The notes under the pieces are model-generated. The model did no database searches. It had not been told where the DNA came from and saw only the letters and a program-made list of their open reading frames with translations. Of a stretch of DNA of 64,000 nt, positions 1 to 10,640 are shown piece after piece. Numbering within the stretch: position 1 is the first letter of the stretch; each line of letters opens with the position of its first letter. This DNA is from an uncultured Bacilli bacterium (GTDB lineage Bacteria; Bacillota_I; Bacilli_A; RFN20; CAG-826). The DNA lies in the NCBI GenBank assembly GCA_944349595.1, contig CALVNF010000006.1, positions 1,650 to 65,649 of the forward strand, given 5' to 3'. A program made the position numbers and the translations under genes.

Positions 1-668
1 TACTCTATAATATCTAAATTTTGCATAAAATATTGGGGAATTGCATATAAAATTAACATTCTGAAAATAAAGAATAAAGAAATGTAAATCAAAGCATCTA
101 TTGTATTATTTGCAAAATTAGCAGCAAATGAGTTTAGACTATATTCAATAAATAACATGAATAATATAAAAAACATAAATAATATTAAATAACCATAATT
201 GTAATAAAACGTAATATGGGAATAATAAGTCATACCAGGATTTTGAGGTACTACAATAACATGATAGGGATTGTTAATTAATTGTGTTATATAAGTTGAT
301 AATAAACCAATTAAGAAAATAACTATAAAAGGTAAAGCAAGACATAAATATCCAAGAATAAAATTAGTTATTTTTAAATTATTATTTTTAAATGGAGATT
401 GGACATATGTATCGGCTTTTTTGATTGAATATTTGTAAGAAAATACAAATAAAGGAACAAAAAAAGTTAAACATAAGATACAACAAGATGTAATTATAAG
501 TGGATTTTGATAAGAAACATTTGATTTAGATGCTTCGTAATAATGATAATTCATTGGATTTTTTGAAAAAATGAGATCAATGATTAAAGTTATAATTAAT
601 ATACCACTAATAATTCCAATAAGAGGTAACCACTGTTTAATTTGATACTTAATATATTTTTTATTCAT
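1..668 (-). CDS. ABC-2 type membrane permease (partial, runs off the window start)
   Basis: Not in the ORF track. Hand translation from ATG at 668 gives MNKKYIKYQIKQWLPLIGIISGILIITLIIDLIF..., with several hydrophobic segments. The start overlaps the stop of the upstream ABC ATPase (661-663). Confidence 0.8.
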   Translation of the reverse strand, partial: MNKKYIKYQIKQWLPLIGIISGILIITLIIDLIFSKNPMNYHYYEASKSNVSYQNPLIITSCCILCLTFFVPLFVFSYKYSIKKADTYVQSPFKNNNLKITNFILGYLCLALPFIVIFLIGLLSTYITQLINNPYHVIVVPQNPGMTYYSHITFYYNYGYLILFMFFILFMLFIEYSLNSFAANFANNTIDALIYISLFFIFRMLILYAIPQYFMQNLDIIE

Positions 669-1599
669 GTTTTGATCCATCCATTTTTGCATCCAACATT
701 TGTAGAGTAATAATTTCATTGTAAGTTAAAGGTATTTCTTCCAGTAAAACCGGATCTAAATTATCTTTAATTATTTCATACGGGTTAATATCTTTATTAA
801 CTTTAATAACAAGTTCATAAACAGAACCAATTTTATTCAATGAAACAACATGTAAATCTAATTTTTTAAATAAATCTTCATTTATTTCAAAATATAATTT
901 ATTAGAAGTGCTTAATTTTAAATTAGATAAGTTAAAAATAATTTGATATTTAATAAAAACATGGGACATAGACGCTTCATCGCCTTGAGCAACCATTTTT
1001 CCATTTGAAATAATTATAAATTTATCACAAAGTTTTTCTAAACTTTCTATGTTGTGAGATGCAATTATTAGAGTTTTGTCATTATTTGAATATTTTTTAA
1101 TAATTTCTTGTTTAATTAAATCAAGAGCAAGAGGATCAATTCCATCAAATGCCTCGTCAAGTAATAAATACTTAACATTAATACTTAAAGCTAAAGAGAT
1201 AAAAGCTTGTCTTTTCATGCCCTTTGAAAAACTAGATAATTGTTTATTTATTGGTAAATTTAAAGTTTTAAACAAATAATTTAAATAATTTTCATCAACT
1301 TCATAAAAACATTTATAAAATTCGGTTAAATTTTTTAATGTAGAAAAATTTGCATAATATGGATCATCTTGTAAGAAAAATAAATTTGATTTAATTTCTT
1401 TTTCATAATTTGGTTTACTATCAATTAAAATTTCTCCTTCGTCTTGAGAATAAACATCAGATAATAATCTAAATAGAGTTGATTTTCCGGCGCCATTTTG
1501 GCCAACTAATCCATAAATTCCATTTGTTATAAATAAATTCAAATGATTAATTGCAATCGTTTTATCTAATTTTTTGGTTAAATTAATTACTTCAATCAT
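661..1599 (-). CDS. ABC transporter ATP-binding protein (YtrB-like)
   Basis: Walker A GQNGAGKS, signature FSKGM, Walker B LLLDE, H-loop ASH. The likely start is ATG 1599 (GGAGG SD at 1609-1613), overlapping the GntR stop. Confidence 0.9.
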   Translation of the reverse strand: MIEVINLTKKLDKTIAINHLNLFITNGIYGLVGQNGAGKSTLFRLLSDVYSQDEGEILIDSKPNYEKEIKSNLFFLQDDPYYANFSTLKNLTEFYKCFYEVDENYLNYLFKTLNLPINKQLSSFSKGMKRQAFISLALSINVKYLLLDEAFDGIDPLALDLIKQEIIKKYSNNDKTLIIASHNIESLEKLCDKFIIISNGKMVAQGDEASMSHVFIKYQIIFNLSNLKLSTSNKLYFEINEDLFKKLDLHVVSLNKIGSVYELVIKVNKDINPYEIIKDNLDPVLLEEIPLTYNEIITLQMLDAKMDGSKHE

Positions 1600-1924
1600 T
1601 TTTGTAAACCTCCTCAAGAGCATTAATTATTTCTTCTTTTGTATATCCTTCTTTTTTAATATCATCTAATTCATTTATTAAATTTTGGTCTTTATTATTT
1701 TTTGTAGAATAAATAACTAAATATCCTTTTTTATTAATTGCCTGGATTAATCCATCGTTAATTAATAAGTTATATGCTTTAACAACAGTATTAGGATTTA
1801 TCTTTCTTGCTAATGCAACTTCTCTTACAGAAGGTAGATATTCACCTTTTTTTATAACTCCTTTATAAATTAATTTTTTATAAAAATTATAAATTTCTTC
1901 AAATAAATTAACCGTTTTATTCAT
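1592..1924 (-). CDS. GntR family (YtrA subfamily) transcriptional regulator
   Basis: wHTH motif GEYLPSVREVALARKINPNTVVKAYNLL with a short C-terminus, upstream of ABC ATPase and permease (ytrABC-type layout). Start could be 1924 or 1942. Confidence 0.9.
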   Translation of the reverse strand: MNKTVNLFEEIYNFYKKLIYKGVIKKGEYLPSVREVALARKINPNTVVKAYNLLINDGLIQAINKKGYLVIYSTKNNKDQNLINELDDIKKEGYTKEEIINALEEVYKND

Positions 1925-2013
1925 ACATATTAACTGTATCATCTGTATTACTAATTTTCAACTAAAAAATAACTAATTAAACTAATAAAAACGTACTAAA
2001 TCTTTACTAAATT

Positions 2014-2043
2014 AAAAAAATATTGAGGTTTTGCAGAGTTTTT
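2014..2043 (+). repeat. Dispersed ~30-bp motif, copy 1 (AAAAAAATATTGAGGTTTTGCAGAGTTTTT)
   Basis: Near-identical copies lie at 8126, 18378, 57521 and 63754, all on the + strand. Confidence 0.75.
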
Positions 2044-2046
2044 GAA

Positions 2047-2078
2047 AATAAAAAAAGCGCTATAATTAGCGCTTATTT
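2047..2078 (-). terminator. Intrinsic terminator of the ferredoxin gene
   Basis: Hairpin AAGCGCTA-TAAT-TAGCGCTT (2055-2074) flanked by A/T runs, just past the ferredoxin stop. Confidence 0.75.
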
Positions 2079-2098
2079 TATTAAATTTAAATTAAAAT

Positions 2099-2293
2099 TT
2101 ATTCAACTTTGATTGCTTCAACTGGACATTGGCTTGCTACATCTTCAGCAGCAGTTTCTAAATCACCATCAACTGTTGCAACAACTGGATCTGATTTTCC
2201 TTCGTCATTCATTGCAAATAAATCAGCATTAACAGCAGCACATAATCCACAACCAATACATGTTTCTTGATCTACGACGAGTTTTTTTGCCAT
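2099..2293 (-). CDS. Ferredoxin (single [4Fe-4S] cluster type)
   Basis: CIGCGLC...CPVEAI motif, 64 aa, GGAGGG SD. Confidence 0.95.
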   Translation of the reverse strand: MAKKLVVDQETCIGCGLCAAVNADLFAMNDEGKSDPVVATVDGDLETAAEDVASQCPVEAIKVE

Positions 2294-2415
2294 TTTTTAA
2301 TCCCTCCACTTAAATAATATACAACTTAAACAAAAAAAGCAATTTTAGTTTTAATTATTTTTTAATGGAAAAGAAATATCAAAATTAATAATATTTAAAA
2401 TGTTAAGGAGGTTTT

Positions 2416-3030
2416 ATGGAAAATAAAGTTTTACTAACTGTTAATAATGATAAACCAACCGCATTAATAGTATTGGGAATTATATTTTGCATTACTATTG
2501 TTTTATTAATTATTGGAATTACTTTATTAGTGTTAGCTTTTAGTAGAAAAGAAACGTTAACAATTTCAACTTGTTCAATTCAAGGAGAAGGAAGATTAAA
2601 AGGAAATAATATTGGAACAAAAGTTGCTAGTAGTAATTATGTTATACCTGTATCCTATATTTCATACATATCATTAAAACGAGAAAAATCATTATTTAAA
2701 AAAGCTAAAGGTACAATAATAATTGGCTGCGATTCTAAAACTGTATATTTTGGTCCAACAAAAAAATGTGATGAGATATATAGAGTTTTAAATGAATTAA
2801 TAAATAAAAAACATTTTGTAAATACTATTAATAATGAGAATGTAGAAAACGACACTATCAAAATTGATGTAGATAATATACCTATTGAAAATACTAAAGA
2901 ATTAGATGTTGAAAAAACTGAAATTAATGAATCATCTAATGTTGAAATTGCTAATAAAATTGAAACAAATCAACAAAAGATAAACGAAAAAGTAGCAAAC
3001 AGGGAGGAAAATAAATGGAACCAAAATTAG
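2416..3030 (+). CDS. Membrane protein with putative bacterial PH-like domain, paralog 1
   Basis: N-terminal TM helix, then IPVSYISYI...IIIGCDSKTVYFGP.KK..E.Y..L..LIN, shared with the next ORF. AGGAGG SD. Confidence 0.65.
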   Translation: MENKVLLTVNNDKPTALIVLGIIFCITIVLLIIGITLLVLAFSRKETLTISTCSIQGEGRLKGNNIGTKVASSNYVIPVSYISYISLKREKSLFKKAKGTIIIGCDSKTVYFGPTKKCDEIYRVLNELINKKHFVNTINNENVENDTIKIDVDNIPIENTKELDVEKTEINESSNVEIANKIETNQQKINEKVANREENKWNQN

Positions 3031-3545
3031 AATTACTAGAAAACGAAAAAATATTAGCGCAAGATAAAATTAAAGGGCAGATTGGCACAATTGTTGCAGG
3101 AATTTTTCTATTTATTTTTGGAATAGTTGTTGTCTCATTATCTTTTGCTGAAATTTTACCAAAATTTAGTTTTGATTATATTTACTACATATTAGCTGGT
3201 TTATTCTTTTTATTAGCGATGATTCTTATAGTGTTTGGCATTATAAAGTATCTTCAACAACCACGTTTATATGTAACTAATATGAGAGTTTTTGGAGAAA
3301 CATATTTAAGTCAAGGAATGTCTAAGTATTTTGCTACATTTTCAATTCCTTTATCAAAGATTACTTATTTATCAACTTCATCATTTAAAAATGGAGTTTT
3401 TAGTAAAACTGATTCTTCGCTTTCAATTGGTTGCAGCAGCATCACTGTTGTTTTTGGTCCTGGCAAAAAAACAGTAGAATTGTATACCAAATTATTATCA
3501 TTAATTAATGATATTGAATTGAAGAAATATGGAGAAAATCAATGA
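3015..3545 (+). CDS. Membrane protein with putative bacterial PH-like domain, paralog 2
   Basis: Two TM helices, LYVTNMRV, IPLSKITYL...LSIGCSSITVVFGPGKK. Overlaps the previous ORF. GGGAGG SD. Confidence 0.65.
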   Translation: MEPKLELLENEKILAQDKIKGQIGTIVAGIFLFIFGIVVVSLSFAEILPKFSFDYIYYILAGLFFLLAMILIVFGIIKYLQQPRLYVTNMRVFGETYLSQGMSKYFATFSIPLSKITYLSTSSFKNGVFSKTDSSLSIGCSSITVVFGPGKKTVELYTKLLSLINDIELKKYGENQ

Positions 3546-3602
3546 TTTTCTTTACTTTTGTGTCAAATATAGTAAAATTTAATTAAATAAGGAGAAAAAA
3601 CC

Positions 3603-5543
3603 ATGAAAAATAAAAAATTATTTTGTGCTTTATCATTAGTTACATTGTTATCATTAGGATTAGCATCTTGCTCAACTGATGTTCAAACTACTGTAATTAC
3701 TGGTGAAAAAGGCGAAACTGGTGCTACCGGTCCAAAAGGCGATACCGGTCCAAAAGGCGATCCAGGTGAACAAGGTGAACAAGGTCAACCTGGGAAAGAT
3801 GGCCAAGATGGTGAAAAAGGCGATACCGGTCCAAAAGGTGACAAAGGTGAAACTGGTGAAGCTGGAAAAGATGGAGAAGATGGACAAACTGCATGGGGAA
3901 ATACAATTTTAAGTACTGTAAATGGTGCTGTTAGTGTATCTCAAGGTAGTGCATTTGTTGGTAGTGAATTTAGTTTCATAATTATTCCAGATGAAGGATA
4001 TTATTTACAAACACTTTCTTTAGATGGAAAACTTATTGAAACAACTGATACTACATTAAAATATGATTCTGAAGCAAAAACATATTCATATACTGTTAAA
4101 CAAAAAGAAAATGGTTATGTTGTAAGAGCTACATTTAATAATGCATCTATTGAAGGTGGTTATGTTAATGGTGTTAAATATGACACAAAGAAAGTTGATC
4201 CATGGGGAAATTTAATTGCTGTTGGAACAAAAGTTGATGGTTCAGTTGAATTTGCTAGCGGAACCGGAACAAAAGAAGATCCTTTAGTAATGAAAGAAGA
4301 TTCAGTTGCAAAAGATGTTTTAACAAATCAAGATTTAGTCGATGCTGATGTTTATATTAAAGTCGTTGATGAAGATGGAACCGAGCATGTTTTAAAACCA
4401 ATGGAAGCTGTTGATGCAGAAAACCAAGATGTAGAAATGGTTGTTTATGAAGCAACAGATTTAGAAGAAGTGCTTCAAGGAAAAGAATTTTTAGAAGTTA
4501 TTGGCGAAGAAACTGGTATTGTTACTTCTAATGATGGTTATATAATGAATAACTTAGAAGGATTAACAGTTGACGAAGAGGGAAATTATACATACACAGT
4601 CGATTCACTTGATGATTTATTAACATATAATGGTTTAAGAAATGTAACTAAAGGAACTGGTACTGTTATTAATGTTGTATTACCAGAAAACAATGAATTT
4701 GTTTTACAAGATGATGTTAATTTAGATAAGATTGAGGATTCTGGCTATGGTCTAAACATTAAATTAGGTGAAGCATTCAAAGATGGAGATAAAGTTAGCA
4801 TTGATTTAAATGGTCATTCATTAACAATTTCAAATGGTGTTGATTTTAACTCTACAGAATCTACATTTAGTCAAGTTGATATCGATGTAACAATTTCAAA
4901 TGGTGAAATTGTTAATAAATATGGACTCGGTGCAACTTTTAGAGTAGATAATTTTGGTGATTATACATTTGATAATGTTACATTTAACTCACCAGATTCA
5001 ATGAATTCTTCAATGTTTATGTTCTATAGAGGTGATAAACTTGAAAAACCAACTGAAGAATGGTTCTCATATAGCAATTTCTTATTCAATGACTGTAAGT
5101 TTATTAATGCTGGTTTAGAATTCAAGCAAACTGCTGAAATGTTATATCAATTAGATTTAAATGTTAAATTTGATGGTTGTTCATTTGAAACAAGTGAAGG
5201 AATGAATACTGGAACAGCACCTAGCTTTATTAAACTTGATGGTCGTGCACTTAACATGATTGTTGATGTAATTGATACTGATTTTACATTTGATGCTACA
5301 GGTATGATTTATCTTATGGATATTGGTGGTATGTCATCAAAACCAGAAAAATCAGTTAATTCATCATTAAAAATTAATCTTGATAAAGTATTTGCAGTTG
5401 GTACAGCTGTAAGAAGCGCTTATGGTGTTTATATTGATGATTATTATTTAGATGGATTTGATGAAAAAACTTCTGTTACCCAATCTAAATATAATGCATT
5501 TGTTGTAGACGGCGTAGCTAAAAATTTAGTAAAAATTAGATAA
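3603..5543 (+). CDS. Collagen-like surface lipoprotein
   Basis: Lipobox GLAS-C, 21 Gly-X-Y triplets, one Ig/B-repeat-like module, and a C-terminal region rich in beta-helix-like F.N..F repeats. AAGGAG SD. Confidence 0.8.
   Translation: MKNKKLFCALSLVTLLSLGLASCSTDVQTTVITGEKGETGATGPKGDTGPKGDPGEQGEQGQPGKDGQDGEKGDTGPKGDKGETGEAGKDGEDGQTAWGNTILSTVNGAVSVSQGSAFVGSEFSFIIIPDEGYYLQTLSLDGKLIETTDTTLKYDSEAKTYSYTVKQKENGYVVRATFNNASIEGGYVNGVKYDTKKVDPWGNLIAVGTKVDGSVEFASGTGTKEDPLVMKEDSVAKDVLTNQDLVDADVYIKVVDEDGTEHVLKPMEAVDAENQDVEMVVYEATDLEEVLQGKEFLEVIGEETGIVTSNDGYIMNNLEGLTVDEEGNYTYTVDSLDDLLTYNGLRNVTKGTGTVINVVLPENNEFVLQDDVNLDKIEDSGYGLNIKLGEAFKDGDKVSIDLNGHSLTISNGVDFNSTESTFSQVDIDVTISNGEIVNKYGLGATFRVDNFGDYTFDNVTFNSPDSMNSSMFMFYRGDKLEKPTEEWFSYSNFLFNDCKFINAGLEFKQTAEMLYQLDLNVKFDGCSFETSEGMNTGTAPSFIKLDGRALNMIVDVIDTDFTFDATGMIYLMDIGGMSSKPEKSVNSSLKINLDKVFAVGTAVRSAYGVYIDDYYLDGFDEKTSVTQSKYNAFVVDGVAKNLVKIR
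3702..3890 (+). repeat. Collagen-like (Gly-X-Y)21 coding repeat
   Basis: GEK GET GAT GPK GDT ... GED GQT, counted by hand. Includes repeated GGCGATACCGGTCCAAAAGG units. Confidence 0.9.
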
Positions 5544-5576
5544 ATCAATTGTTATAAATTTTAAATTTATATGATT

Positions 5577-5605
5577 AGAGCATTAGCTAACTAATGCTCT
5601 TTTTT
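5577..5605 (+). terminator. Intrinsic terminator
   Basis: AGAGCATTAG-CTAA-CTAATGCTCT followed by a T run. Confidence 0.85.
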
Positions 5606-5669
5606 ATATAAAGTAATGTTTTTTATAATTAGAAATAATTTATAATATTACTAATAAGGAGCATAAGCT

Positions 5670-6179
5670 ATGGAATTTAATGATGTAATTTATAAAAGAA
5701 GAAGTATTAGAAAATATTTAAATAAAGATGTTGAAGATTCTAAATTATTAGAATTAATGAAATATGCAATGGCAGCTCCATCAGCTATTAATAAAAAACC
5801 AGTAGTTTTTTATATTATTAAAAATAATGAAATAATAGAAAAATTATCTGATGGAGTATTATTTTCAAAAATTATATCTCCAATTATGATTTTAGTTGCC
5901 GTTGATTTAACAAAAAGTATATCAACAAATCCAAATGATTTTTATAATCAAGATGCATCGGCTTGTGTTGAAAATATCTTATTAGGAGCAACAAATTTAG
6001 GTCTATCAACTTGTTGGATTGGAACTTATCCAAAACAAGAAAAAGTAAATAAGGTTAAAGAAGTTTTAAATCTAAATGAAAATATATTACCATTTACATT
6101 AATTCATGTTGGGTATGGGGATGAAAAAAAAGAAGCAAGGACTCAATATGAATCTAGTAGAGTTACAATAATTAAGTAA
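5670..6179 (+). CDS. Nitroreductase family protein
   Basis: RRSIRKY, AAPSAINKKP, ENILLGATNLGLSTCWIG motifs. Confidence 0.92.
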   Translation: MEFNDVIYKRRSIRKYLNKDVEDSKLLELMKYAMAAPSAINKKPVVFYIIKNNEIIEKLSDGVLFSKIISPIMILVAVDLTKSISTNPNDFYNQDASACVENILLGATNLGLSTCWIGTYPKQEKVNKVKEVLNLNENILPFTLIHVGYGDEKKEARTQYESSRVTIIK

Positions 6180-6219
6180 TACTAAAAAGTTTTATATTTG
6201 TGTTTATTATTTTGTTTGT

Positions 6220-8139
6220 ATGTCATTAGTTTCTTTTAATAATGTTAGTAAATATTATGGAAGCGATCTCATTTTAGATCATATTTCTTTTGTTATTAAC
6301 AAAAATGAAAAAATTGCATTAATTGGAAATAATGGCGAAGGCAAAACAACTATTTTAAAATTATTATTAAAAGAAGAATTACCAACTTTAATTTCAAAAG
6401 AAGATAAGCCTGGAGAAATATCAATTATTAAAAATCTAAAAATTGGTTATTTAAATCAGAATTTAATTTCTGATTTAAATAATACAGTTATTGAAGAATT
6501 ATTATTAGTTTTTAAAAATACTATTAAAAAAGAACAAGAATTAAATGAATTTTTAAAAATCTTATACGTTAATCCAAATGATTTAAAATTAATTGAAAAA
6601 TATAATAATTTATTAGAAGAATTTAAAGAATTACGAGGTTATACATATAAATCTGATATTAAAAATTATTTAGCAAGATTTAATTTTGACGAATCATATT
6701 ATAATAAAAAAATCTCAACCTTATCTGGTGGAGAAAGAATGAAAATTGGTTTTATTAAATTATTGTTATTTAATTATGATTTATTATTATTAGATGAACC
6801 AACTAACTATATTGATGTTAGTAGCATTGAATGGTTAGAAAACTTTATTAAATTATATAAGGGTACTGTTTTATATATTTCTCATGATATTTATTTTATT
6901 AAAGAAACTGCAAATAAAATATTAGAATTAAATAACCATAAATTAACAACATATAACACTAATTACGATAACTATATAAAATTAAAAGAAGAAAGATATA
7001 AAAATTTATTAAAAGAAAGCAAAAAACAAGATGATGAAATTGAAAAACTACAGCGATTCATTACTTTTTATAAACCAAAACCTAGATTTGTATCAAGAGC
7101 TAAAGATAAAGAAAAGAAATTAGAAAAAATATTAAATAACAAGGTAATTATTGAAAAAGAAAACCATAAAAATATAAATATCAAATTATCTTCAAATAAT
7201 TTAACAAATAAAGAAATATTAAATGTAAAAGATCTTGTTGTTGGCTATGATAATAAAGCTTTATTAAAAAGTATCTCATTTGATTTATATTCTAATGATA
7301 AATTAGCAATTATGGGAGATAATGGAATTGGAAAATCAACACTATTAAAAACAATTGCTAAGAAAATAAACCAAATAAGTGGTGAAGTTATTTATAAAAG
7401 AAAACTAAATATTGGTTATTTTGAACAATTTGATATTGATCAAAAATATTATAATTACACAATTATTGAATACTTAAGAAGTCAAAATATTGATGTTAAC
7501 GACAATAATTTACGAGGAGCATTAGGTAAATTTTATTTTAAAGGTGACGATATAAATAAAAATATAAGTTTATTATCAAATGGCGAGAAAAAAAGAGTAA
7601 TGTTATGTGATTTAACTCTAAAAACATATGATTTATTACTATTAGATGAACCAGCAAATCATTTAGATTTAGATACAAAAGAATCATTAATAAATTCTTT
7701 AAAAAATTATAACGGTGCAATAATTTTTATTTCTCATGATCGTTTCTTTGTAAATGAAATTGCAAATAAATTATTATTTTTAACAAATAAAAATAATTAT
7801 TATATTGATGGAAATTATGATGATTTCTTATTAGAAAAAGAAAAAATTGATAATATTTATAATAAAGAACAAAATAACGAAGAAAAAATTAATCAAGAAC
7901 ATCAAAATATTGAATTACAAAATACTAATCAAACTAATAAATCAAAGCTATCAAAAAATGCGATAAATAAAATAAATAATGAAATAAAAGAAATAGAAAA
8001 TAAATTAAAAGAAATTGAAGACTTTTTAAATAATGCGAATTATAATGATTATGAAAAAATAAAACAATTACAAGAAGAAAAAAATGAACTTGAAGAAAAA
8101 TATGTAACATATTTAGAAGATTTAGAAAAAAATACTTAG
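6220..8139 (+). CDS. ABC-F family ribosome-associated ATPase (YdiF/YfmR/Uup-like)
   Basis: Two NBDs (GNNGEGKT/LSGGE/LLLLDEPTN and GDNGIGKS/LSNGE/LLLLDEPAN), no TM segments, C-terminal coiled coil. Confidence 0.92.
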   Translation: MSLVSFNNVSKYYGSDLILDHISFVINKNEKIALIGNNGEGKTTILKLLLKEELPTLISKEDKPGEISIIKNLKIGYLNQNLISDLNNTVIEELLLVFKNTIKKEQELNEFLKILYVNPNDLKLIEKYNNLLEEFKELRGYTYKSDIKNYLARFNFDESYYNKKISTLSGGERMKIGFIKLLLFNYDLLLLDEPTNYIDVSSIEWLENFIKLYKGTVLYISHDIYFIKETANKILELNNHKLTTYNTNYDNYIKLKEERYKNLLKESKKQDDEIEKLQRFITFYKPKPRFVSRAKDKEKKLEKILNNKVIIEKENHKNINIKLSSNNLTNKEILNVKDLVVGYDNKALLKSISFDLYSNDKLAIMGDNGIGKSTLLKTIAKKINQISGEVIYKRKLNIGYFEQFDIDQKYYNYTIIEYLRSQNIDVNDNNLRGALGKFYFKGDDINKNISLLSNGEKKRVMLCDLTLKTYDLLLLDEPANHLDLDTKESLINSLKNYNGAIIFISHDRFFVNEIANKLLFLTNKNNYYIDGNYDDFLLEKEKIDNIYNKEQNNEEKINQEHQNIELQNTNQTNKSKLSKNAINKINNEIKEIENKLKEIEDFLNNANYNDYEKIKQLQEEKNELEEKYVTYLEDLEKNT

Positions 8140-8155
8140 GTTTTGCAGAGTTTTT
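8126..8155 (+). repeat. Dispersed ~30-bp motif, copy 2
   Basis: AAAAAAATACTTAGGTTTTGCAGAGTTTTT, 28/30 identical to copy 1. Overlaps the ABC-F stop codon. Confidence 0.75.
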
Positions 8156-8184
8156 AAAAAATATTAACTTTTGGAGGATAAATT

Positions 8185-9441
8185 ATGTCATATAATGCAA
8201 TAAAAAAAGAAGATAAAGAAATATACAACTTAATAAAAGCTGAAGAAAAAAGACAAAATAAATATAATGCAGAATTAATTGCTAGTGAAAATTTTGTATC
8301 AAAAGCTGTTTTACAAGCACAAGGCTCCATATTAACAAATAAATATGCTGAAGGCTATCCTAGCAAAAGATATTATGGAGGTTGTCAATATATTGATCAA
8401 ATTGAAAATCTTGCAATTGAAAGATTAAAAAAATTGTTCAATGTTAAATATGTAAACGTTCAACCTCATTCTGGAAGTCAAGCAAATATGGCTGCAATTA
8501 GAAGTTTAATTAATCATGGAGATGTAATTTTAGGAATGTCTCTTGATTCAGGTGGTCATTTAACTCATGGTTATAAGTTATCATTTTCTGGACAAGATTA
8601 TATTTCTTATACATATGGAGTTAATAAAGATACGGGTTTAATTGATTATGATGAAGTTTTAAAAATTGCAAAAGAAGTTAAACCAAAATTAATTATTTGT
8701 GGTGCAAGTGCATATCCAAGAAAAATATCATTTAAAAAATTTAAAGAAATAGCTGATGAAGTAGGGGCATATTTAATGGCTGATATTGCCCACATTGCCG
8801 GACTTATTGCAACAGGATTTCATGAATCTCCAGTTAATTATGCTGATATTATAACAAGTACAACTCATAAGACTCTAAGAGGTCCAAGAGGTGGAATTAT
8901 AATGACAAATAATGAAGAAATTGCAAAGAAAATGAATAAAATGTTATTTCCTGGTTGTCAAGGTGGACCTCTTGAACATGTAATTGCTGCAAAAGCTATT
9001 TGTTTTAAAGAAGATTTAATGCCAGAATACAAAACTTATATTAAACAAGTAATTTTAAATGCAAAAGCAATGTCTGATGAATTTATAAAATTAGGATATA
9101 ACATTATAAGTGGGGGAACTGATAATCATTTATTTTTAATTGATATTAAAAAATCAAAAAATTTAACCGGCTTACAAGCTCAAGAATTATTAGAAAATGT
9201 AAATATTACTTGCAATAAAAATTCAATTCCAAACGACCAAGAAAAACCAGCTTATACAAGTGGTTTAAGAATTGGAACACCAGCTTTAACAACTCGAGGT
9301 TTTAAAGAAAAAGATTTTATAAAACTAGCTCATTTAATTGATGATACTTTCAATAATAAAGATAATAATGAAAAGCTAAAAGATATTAAAGAAGAAGTAA
9401 TTAAATTAGTTAAATCTCATCCACTAAGATATAAATATTAA
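8185..9441 (+). CDS. glyA: Serine hydroxymethyltransferase
   Basis: [34 protein letters not shown] (PLP lysine), SGLRIGTPA. Confidence 0.98.
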   Translation: MSYNAIKKEDKEIYNLIKAEEKRQNKYNAELIASENFVSKAVLQAQGSILTNKYAEGYPSKRYYGGCQYIDQIENLAIERLKKLFNVKYVNVQPHSGSQANMAAIRSLINHGDVILGMSLDSGGHLTHGYKLSFSGQDYISYTYGVNKDTGLIDYDEVLKIAKEVKPKLIICGASAYPRKISFKKFKEIADEVGAYLMADIAHIAGLIATGFHESPVNYADIITSTTHKTLRGPRGGIIMTNNEEIAKKMNKMLFPGCQGGPLEHVIAAKAICFKEDLMPEYKTYIKQVILNAKAMSDEFIKLGYNIISGGTDNHLFLIDIKKSKNLTGLQAQELLENVNITCNKNSIPNDQEKPAYTSGLRIGTPALTTRGFKEKDFIKLAHLIDDTFNNKDNNEKLKDIKEEVIKLVKSHPLRYKY

Positions 9442-9468
9442 AAAAAGCGGATCAAATTCCGCTTTTTT
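9441..9468. terminator. Bidirectional terminator between convergent glyA and ldh
   Basis: AAAAAAGCGGA-TCAAAT-TCCGCTTTTTT. Confidence 0.85.
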
Positions 9469-9487
9469 CTTATCTATTTATATATTA

Positions 9488-10444
9488 TTAATCTTTAATT
9501 TCTAATTCTTTATAAGTTTCTTTTAATTTATTAGCACTGAGAATTAATTTTAATACTTCTTCATAAGAATATTCTAAATGTAGTCTTGTAATAATTCCAT
9601 TTCTTCCAACAACACATGGAAGTGAAATATAAACTCCATCAATTTCTCCATCAAATTCATTTTCAACAAGTGTAGATACTGTTAAAACTGATCTATTATT
9701 GTTTAAAATAGTTGATACAATTTTTGCAGTTGCTAATCCAATTGCATAATATGTAGCACCTTTTTTCTTAATAATTTCATAGGCTGCATCTTTAACTTTA
9801 TCATGAAGCGAAGATAAAAGTTTTAATCCTTCAGATCCTTTTTCTTTTATTAAATATTCTTTTAATGGAATTTGAGCAATATTTGATACAGAAAAGGCAC
9901 TAACTTCACTATCACCATGTTCTCCAATTACATAAGCATGAACATTTCTTGGATCAACATCAGCAACTTCTGAAATTAAATATCTTAATCTTGAACTATC
10001 TAATACAGTACCAGATCCAATAACTCTATTAGGACTAATGCCTAATTTTTTGTATGTATAATAAGATAATACATCAACTGGATTTGAAACAACTAAGACA
10101 ACCGCGTCTTCATCTAAGTTAGGTTTAATTTGATCTAATATAGAATCAAATATTTTCATATTTCTTTTTAATAAATCGAGTCTAGTTTCTCCTGGTTTTT
10201 GAGCAGCACCAGCTGTAATGATAATTATATGAGCATCTTTTACATCATTATAATCTCCAGCTTTAATTAATTTTGGAGAAACAAATGGAACTCCATGCAT
10301 CATATCAAGAGCATCGCCTTCAACTTTTTCTTTTACAATATCAATAATCACTATTTCATTAACATAATCTTTCATCATTAATGTATAAGCAATCGTGCTT
10401 CCTACCATGCCATCGCCAATAATTACAACTTTTCTATTATCCAT
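9488..10444 (-). CDS. ldh: L-lactate dehydrogenase
   Basis: IIGDGMVG, GETRLDL, VVSNPVD, GTVLDSSRLR, GEHGDS, KKGATYYAIG. Confidence 0.96.
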   Translation of the reverse strand: MDNRKVVIIGDGMVGSTIAYTLMMKDYVNEIVIIDIVKEKVEGDALDMMHGVPFVSPKLIKAGDYNDVKDAHIIIITAGAAQKPGETRLDLLKRNMKIFDSILDQIKPNLDEDAVVLVVSNPVDVLSYYTYKKLGISPNRVIGSGTVLDSSRLRYLISEVADVDPRNVHAYVIGEHGDSEVSAFSVSNIAQIPLKEYLIKEKGSEGLKLLSSLHDKVKDAAYEIIKKKGATYYAIGLATAKIVSTILNNNRSVLTVSTLVENEFDGEIDGVYISLPCVVGRNGIITRLHLEYSYEEVLKLILSANKLKETYKELEIKD

Positions 10445-10540
10445 ATGAATCTCCTTTTTATTTACAAGGATATAATAACATTTTTCTTTTTATTTATAAA
10501 AATAAATGAAAATAAAAAACATTAAATTTTTTAAAAAAAG

Positions 10541-10567
10541 TTAGCACTTAACTATTGACAGTGCTAA
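10541..10567 (+). promoter_or_regulatory. CIRCE (HrcA operator) 1, overlapping the -35 of the hsp20 promoter
   Basis: TTAGCACTT-N9-CAGTGCTAA. TTGACA at 10555-10560, 16-nt spacer, TATAAT at 10577-10582. Confidence 0.85.
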
Positions 10568-10586
10568 ATATAGATATATAATAATA

Positions 10587-10613
10587 TTAGCATTCGAGAT
10601 AAGAGAGTGCTAA
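10587..10613 (+). promoter_or_regulatory. CIRCE (HrcA operator) 2, downstream of the hsp20 -10
   Basis: TTAGCATTC-N9-GAGTGCTAA. Confidence 0.88.
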
Positions 10614-10640
10614 AAAGATTAATTTAGGAGGATTTTAATT

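Noticed and set aside
1925-1955. TGTATCATCTGTATTAC as the YtrA operator
   Set aside because: It is plausible by position but does not form a clear inverted repeat, so I cannot support it.
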